DNA of 64,000 nucleotides from Thermodesulfovibrionales bacterium (GTDB taxonomy: Bacteria; Nitrospirota; Thermodesulfovibrionia; Thermodesulfovibrionales; SM23-35): assembly GCA_963753165.1 (NCBI GenBank), contig CAVWBP010000009.1, positions 58,013 to 122,012 of the forward strand, in the 5' to 3' direction. Numbering within the stretch: position 1 is the stretch's first letter; each line of letters opens with the position of its first letter. The position numbers and the translations under genes were made by a program. This document shows positions 62,222 through 64,000 of the stretch, piece after piece. The notes below the pieces were generated by a model. The model did not search any database and was not told the origin of the DNA. It worked only from the letters and a program-made list of their open reading frames with translations.

Positions 62222-63320
62222 ATGCTTTTGCAGAATGAAATGAAAGAAGAGTTATGCGCTCTCAGGAACAAAATAGAGGCTTTAAGAGGTTATCTTTGAT
62301 GTAGACCTGCTTCGCGAAGAATTAAAAAAGATCGAAAAAGACCTCACGCAGGAAACTGTCTGGTCATCTCCAGAACTTTCCAGGGTTCTTTTAAAGAAGA
62401 AGTCAAAGCTTGCAGATATTACAGGACAGTTTGATGCGCTCTCTGAAAAACTCTCCTATCTGGAAGAATCCATAGGGATTCTCGATGAAGAGAGTGGGAA
62501 CCTCTTTCTGGGCGACCTGCAAATCGCTATCAGGGAACTCAAAGAAGACCTTGATATTCTTGAAATTCAGAACCTCCTCTCAGGCGAGATGGATAAAAAT
62601 AATGCTATCGTAATCATTCACCCCGGAGCAGGCGGTACAGAGAGTCAGGATTGGGCCCAAATGCTCATGAGAATGTATCTGAAATGGGCTGAAAAACATC
62701 AGTATACCACCCAGATTATTGAATTACAGACAGGAGAAGAAGCAGGTATCAAGAATGCTACGTTAACCATTTCCGGTCCCTACGCATACGGGTATCTGAA
62801 AGCAGAGGCAGGGGTACACAGACTGGTCAGGATCTCTCCGTATGATGCAAATAAAAGGAGACATACCTCGTTTGCAGCCCTGCTCGTATATCCTGAAGTT
62901 GAGGAAGATATTGAAGTAGAATTAAAAGACGACGATATCAAGACAGATACTTTCAGGGCATCCGGCGCCGGAGGACAGCATGTCAATAAGACTTCTTCTG
63001 CAGTAAGGCTTACCCATATTCCCACAGGAATTGTGGTGAGTTGCCAGAATGAACGTTCCCAGTATAAAAACAAGGCAATTGCCATGAAGATCCTCAAATC
63101 ACGTCTCTATGATCTCAAGATAAAAGAACAGGAAAAAAAGATGGAGGGGTTTGTCGGCGATAAAAAGGGTATTACGTGGGGCAATCAGATACGATCCTAT
63201 ATTTTACAACCCTATCGCATAGTAAAAGATCATAGGTCAGATATAGAGACAGGGAATGTTGATGCTGTTCTGGAGGGGGAAATAGATAACTTCATCAAAT
63301 CCTATCTTAAGAAAAAATAG
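62222..63320 (+). CDS. prfB: peptide chain release factor 2 (join 62222..62296, 62298..63320)
   Basis: The +1 frame after codon 25 reads 'DVDLLREELKKIEKDL...' through 'SGAGGQHVNKT' (GGQ) to the stop at 63320. The RBS is AAGGAGGA. Confidence 0.92.
62285..62300 (+). promoter_or_regulatory. prfB programmed +1 frameshift cassette (SD-like AGAGGT, TAT CTT TGA T)
   Basis: An in-frame TGA at 62297-62299 follows 25 sense codons. CTT TGA is the canonical slippery/stop context, and the SD-like element lies 3 nt upstream. Confidence 0.85.
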
Positions 63321-63396
63321 GGTATAGGCAAGTGTTTCCTCTACTATAAATTTTTGCAAAGAAAATAGTAGTAGAAGTTAGTAGGTGTTGTTTAGA

Positions 63397-63405
63397 TGTG
63401 AATAA
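63397..63405 (-). promoter_or_regulatory. single DnaA-box match (TTATTCACA on the minus strand)
   Basis: Fits TTATNCACA. It is the only 9-mer in the prfB-dnaA spacer with one mismatch or fewer to TTATCCACA. Confidence 0.4.
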
Positions 63406-63535
63406 GTGTGTTTTTCCCGTAAACGGACATGGGTTTGCACTGTTGAAGGGAAAGTGGAGAAAAGGGTATTTTTTTTCACTTTCTTACAGTAGCGCAAGGA
63501 GTATGGAATATTTCACAAACTTATAACATATTTTC

Positions 63536-63605
63536 TTGTCTTACCACTTATCATTGGGATATAATTGAGAACCTCCCCGTATAAGTTATTAACATATGTT
63601 AATAA
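63536..63605 (+). promoter_or_regulatory. candidate dnaA promoter (TTGTCT-N18-TATAAT, 63536-63565) followed by a 20-bp perfect palindrome TTATTAACATATGTTAATAA (63586-63605)
   Basis: The hexamers and palindrome are read directly. The palindrome sits between the predicted start site and the dnaA ATG. Confidence 0.4.
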
Positions 63606-63628
63606 GTTGTTAATGGACTTATCACACA

Positions 63629-64000
63629 ATGACATTAGACGAAATATGGAATAGCGGCATCTCTCAGATCGAAGAGAGAGTAGGGAATAATATCACCGAT
63701 CTCTGGTTCCGGCCAATAAAACTCACTATGGTGAAAGAACGCTCTATTACTCTGGAGATACCGAACAGGTTCTTTAAGGACTGGATAGAAGATAATTATC
63801 CTGACTTAGTGAACGAAACGATCGGGCGCATTATGGGATATCCTGTTACGGTGCGGTATAAAGTTGCGGAGAAAATAGACCCTGACGTCAAGAAGATGGA
63901 TATGCGTCTTGAGAACAGGAGGCAGAAACTCGCGAGCAGGGGTATTCATCTGAACCCCAAATATACCTTCGAAAATTTCGTGATAGGGCCGAGCAATCAA
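63629..64000 (+). CDS. dnaA: chromosomal replication initiator protein DnaA, N-terminal 124 aa (3' end outside window)
   Basis: 'MTLDEIWNSGISQIEERVGNNITDLWFRPIKL...LNPKYTFENFVIGPSNQ' is the typical DnaA domain I and linker leading into 'FxxFVxGxxN'. The frame is open to the window edge and is not in the ORF track because no stop is reached. Confidence 0.93.
   Translation, partial: MTLDEIWNSGISQIEERVGNNITDLWFRPIKLTMVKERSITLEIPNRFFKDWIEDNYPDLVNETIGRIMGYPVTVRYKVAEKIDPDVKKMDMRLENRRQKLASRGIHLNPKYTFENFVIGPSNQ

Noticed and set aside
63321-63628. The prfB-dnaA spacer as oriC
   Set aside because: There is only one acceptable DnaA box. I could demonstrate no clear DUE or box cluster. See the finding on the palindrome instead.

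Overview
This is a 64-kb chromosomal segment close to the replication origin. dnaA starts at 63629 and runs off the 3' edge, and two parS-like palindromes lie at ~14.9 and ~15.4 kb. The host is a diderm bacterium, shown by BamD, Lnt, Mla/Pqi-type transport and HtrA. The two-CW and PAS-rich signalling proteins suggest a Nitrospirota/Thermodesulfovibrio-like or deltaproteobacterial anaerobe; that is inference only, with no search possible. Most of the window is housekeeping: trpS, pyrE, a peptide ABC importer, uvrA, bioB, bamD, rpsU, purF, ispDF, htrA, serA, purA, lnt, and prfB with its programmed +1 frameshift. Six tRNA genes all encode CCA, including tRNA-Sec. selA and selB are also present, so the organism decodes selenocysteine. 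A ~9.5-kb minus-strand block (32.6-42.2 kb) is packed with HD-GYP, REC, PAS and histidine-kinase genes. The least ordinary stretch is 14.85-16.8 kb, between uvrA and a 4-tRNA operon. It holds two parS sites, REP-like hairpin pairs, and two ~185-nt direct copies of a repeat whose 27-bp closing stem is kept by compensatory changes. These copies bracket an orphan HsdR-N/PD-(D/E)xK-like gene, next to a small zinc-ribbon ORF. A RelE/Phd-type toxin-antitoxin islet sits beside tRNA-Sec. About a dozen conserved genes carry frame breaks, several in 6-7 nt homopolymers, which looks more like assembly indel error than real decay. I found no CRISPR array, rRNA, transposase or integrase. All family calls rest on motifs read from the translations, not on database searches.
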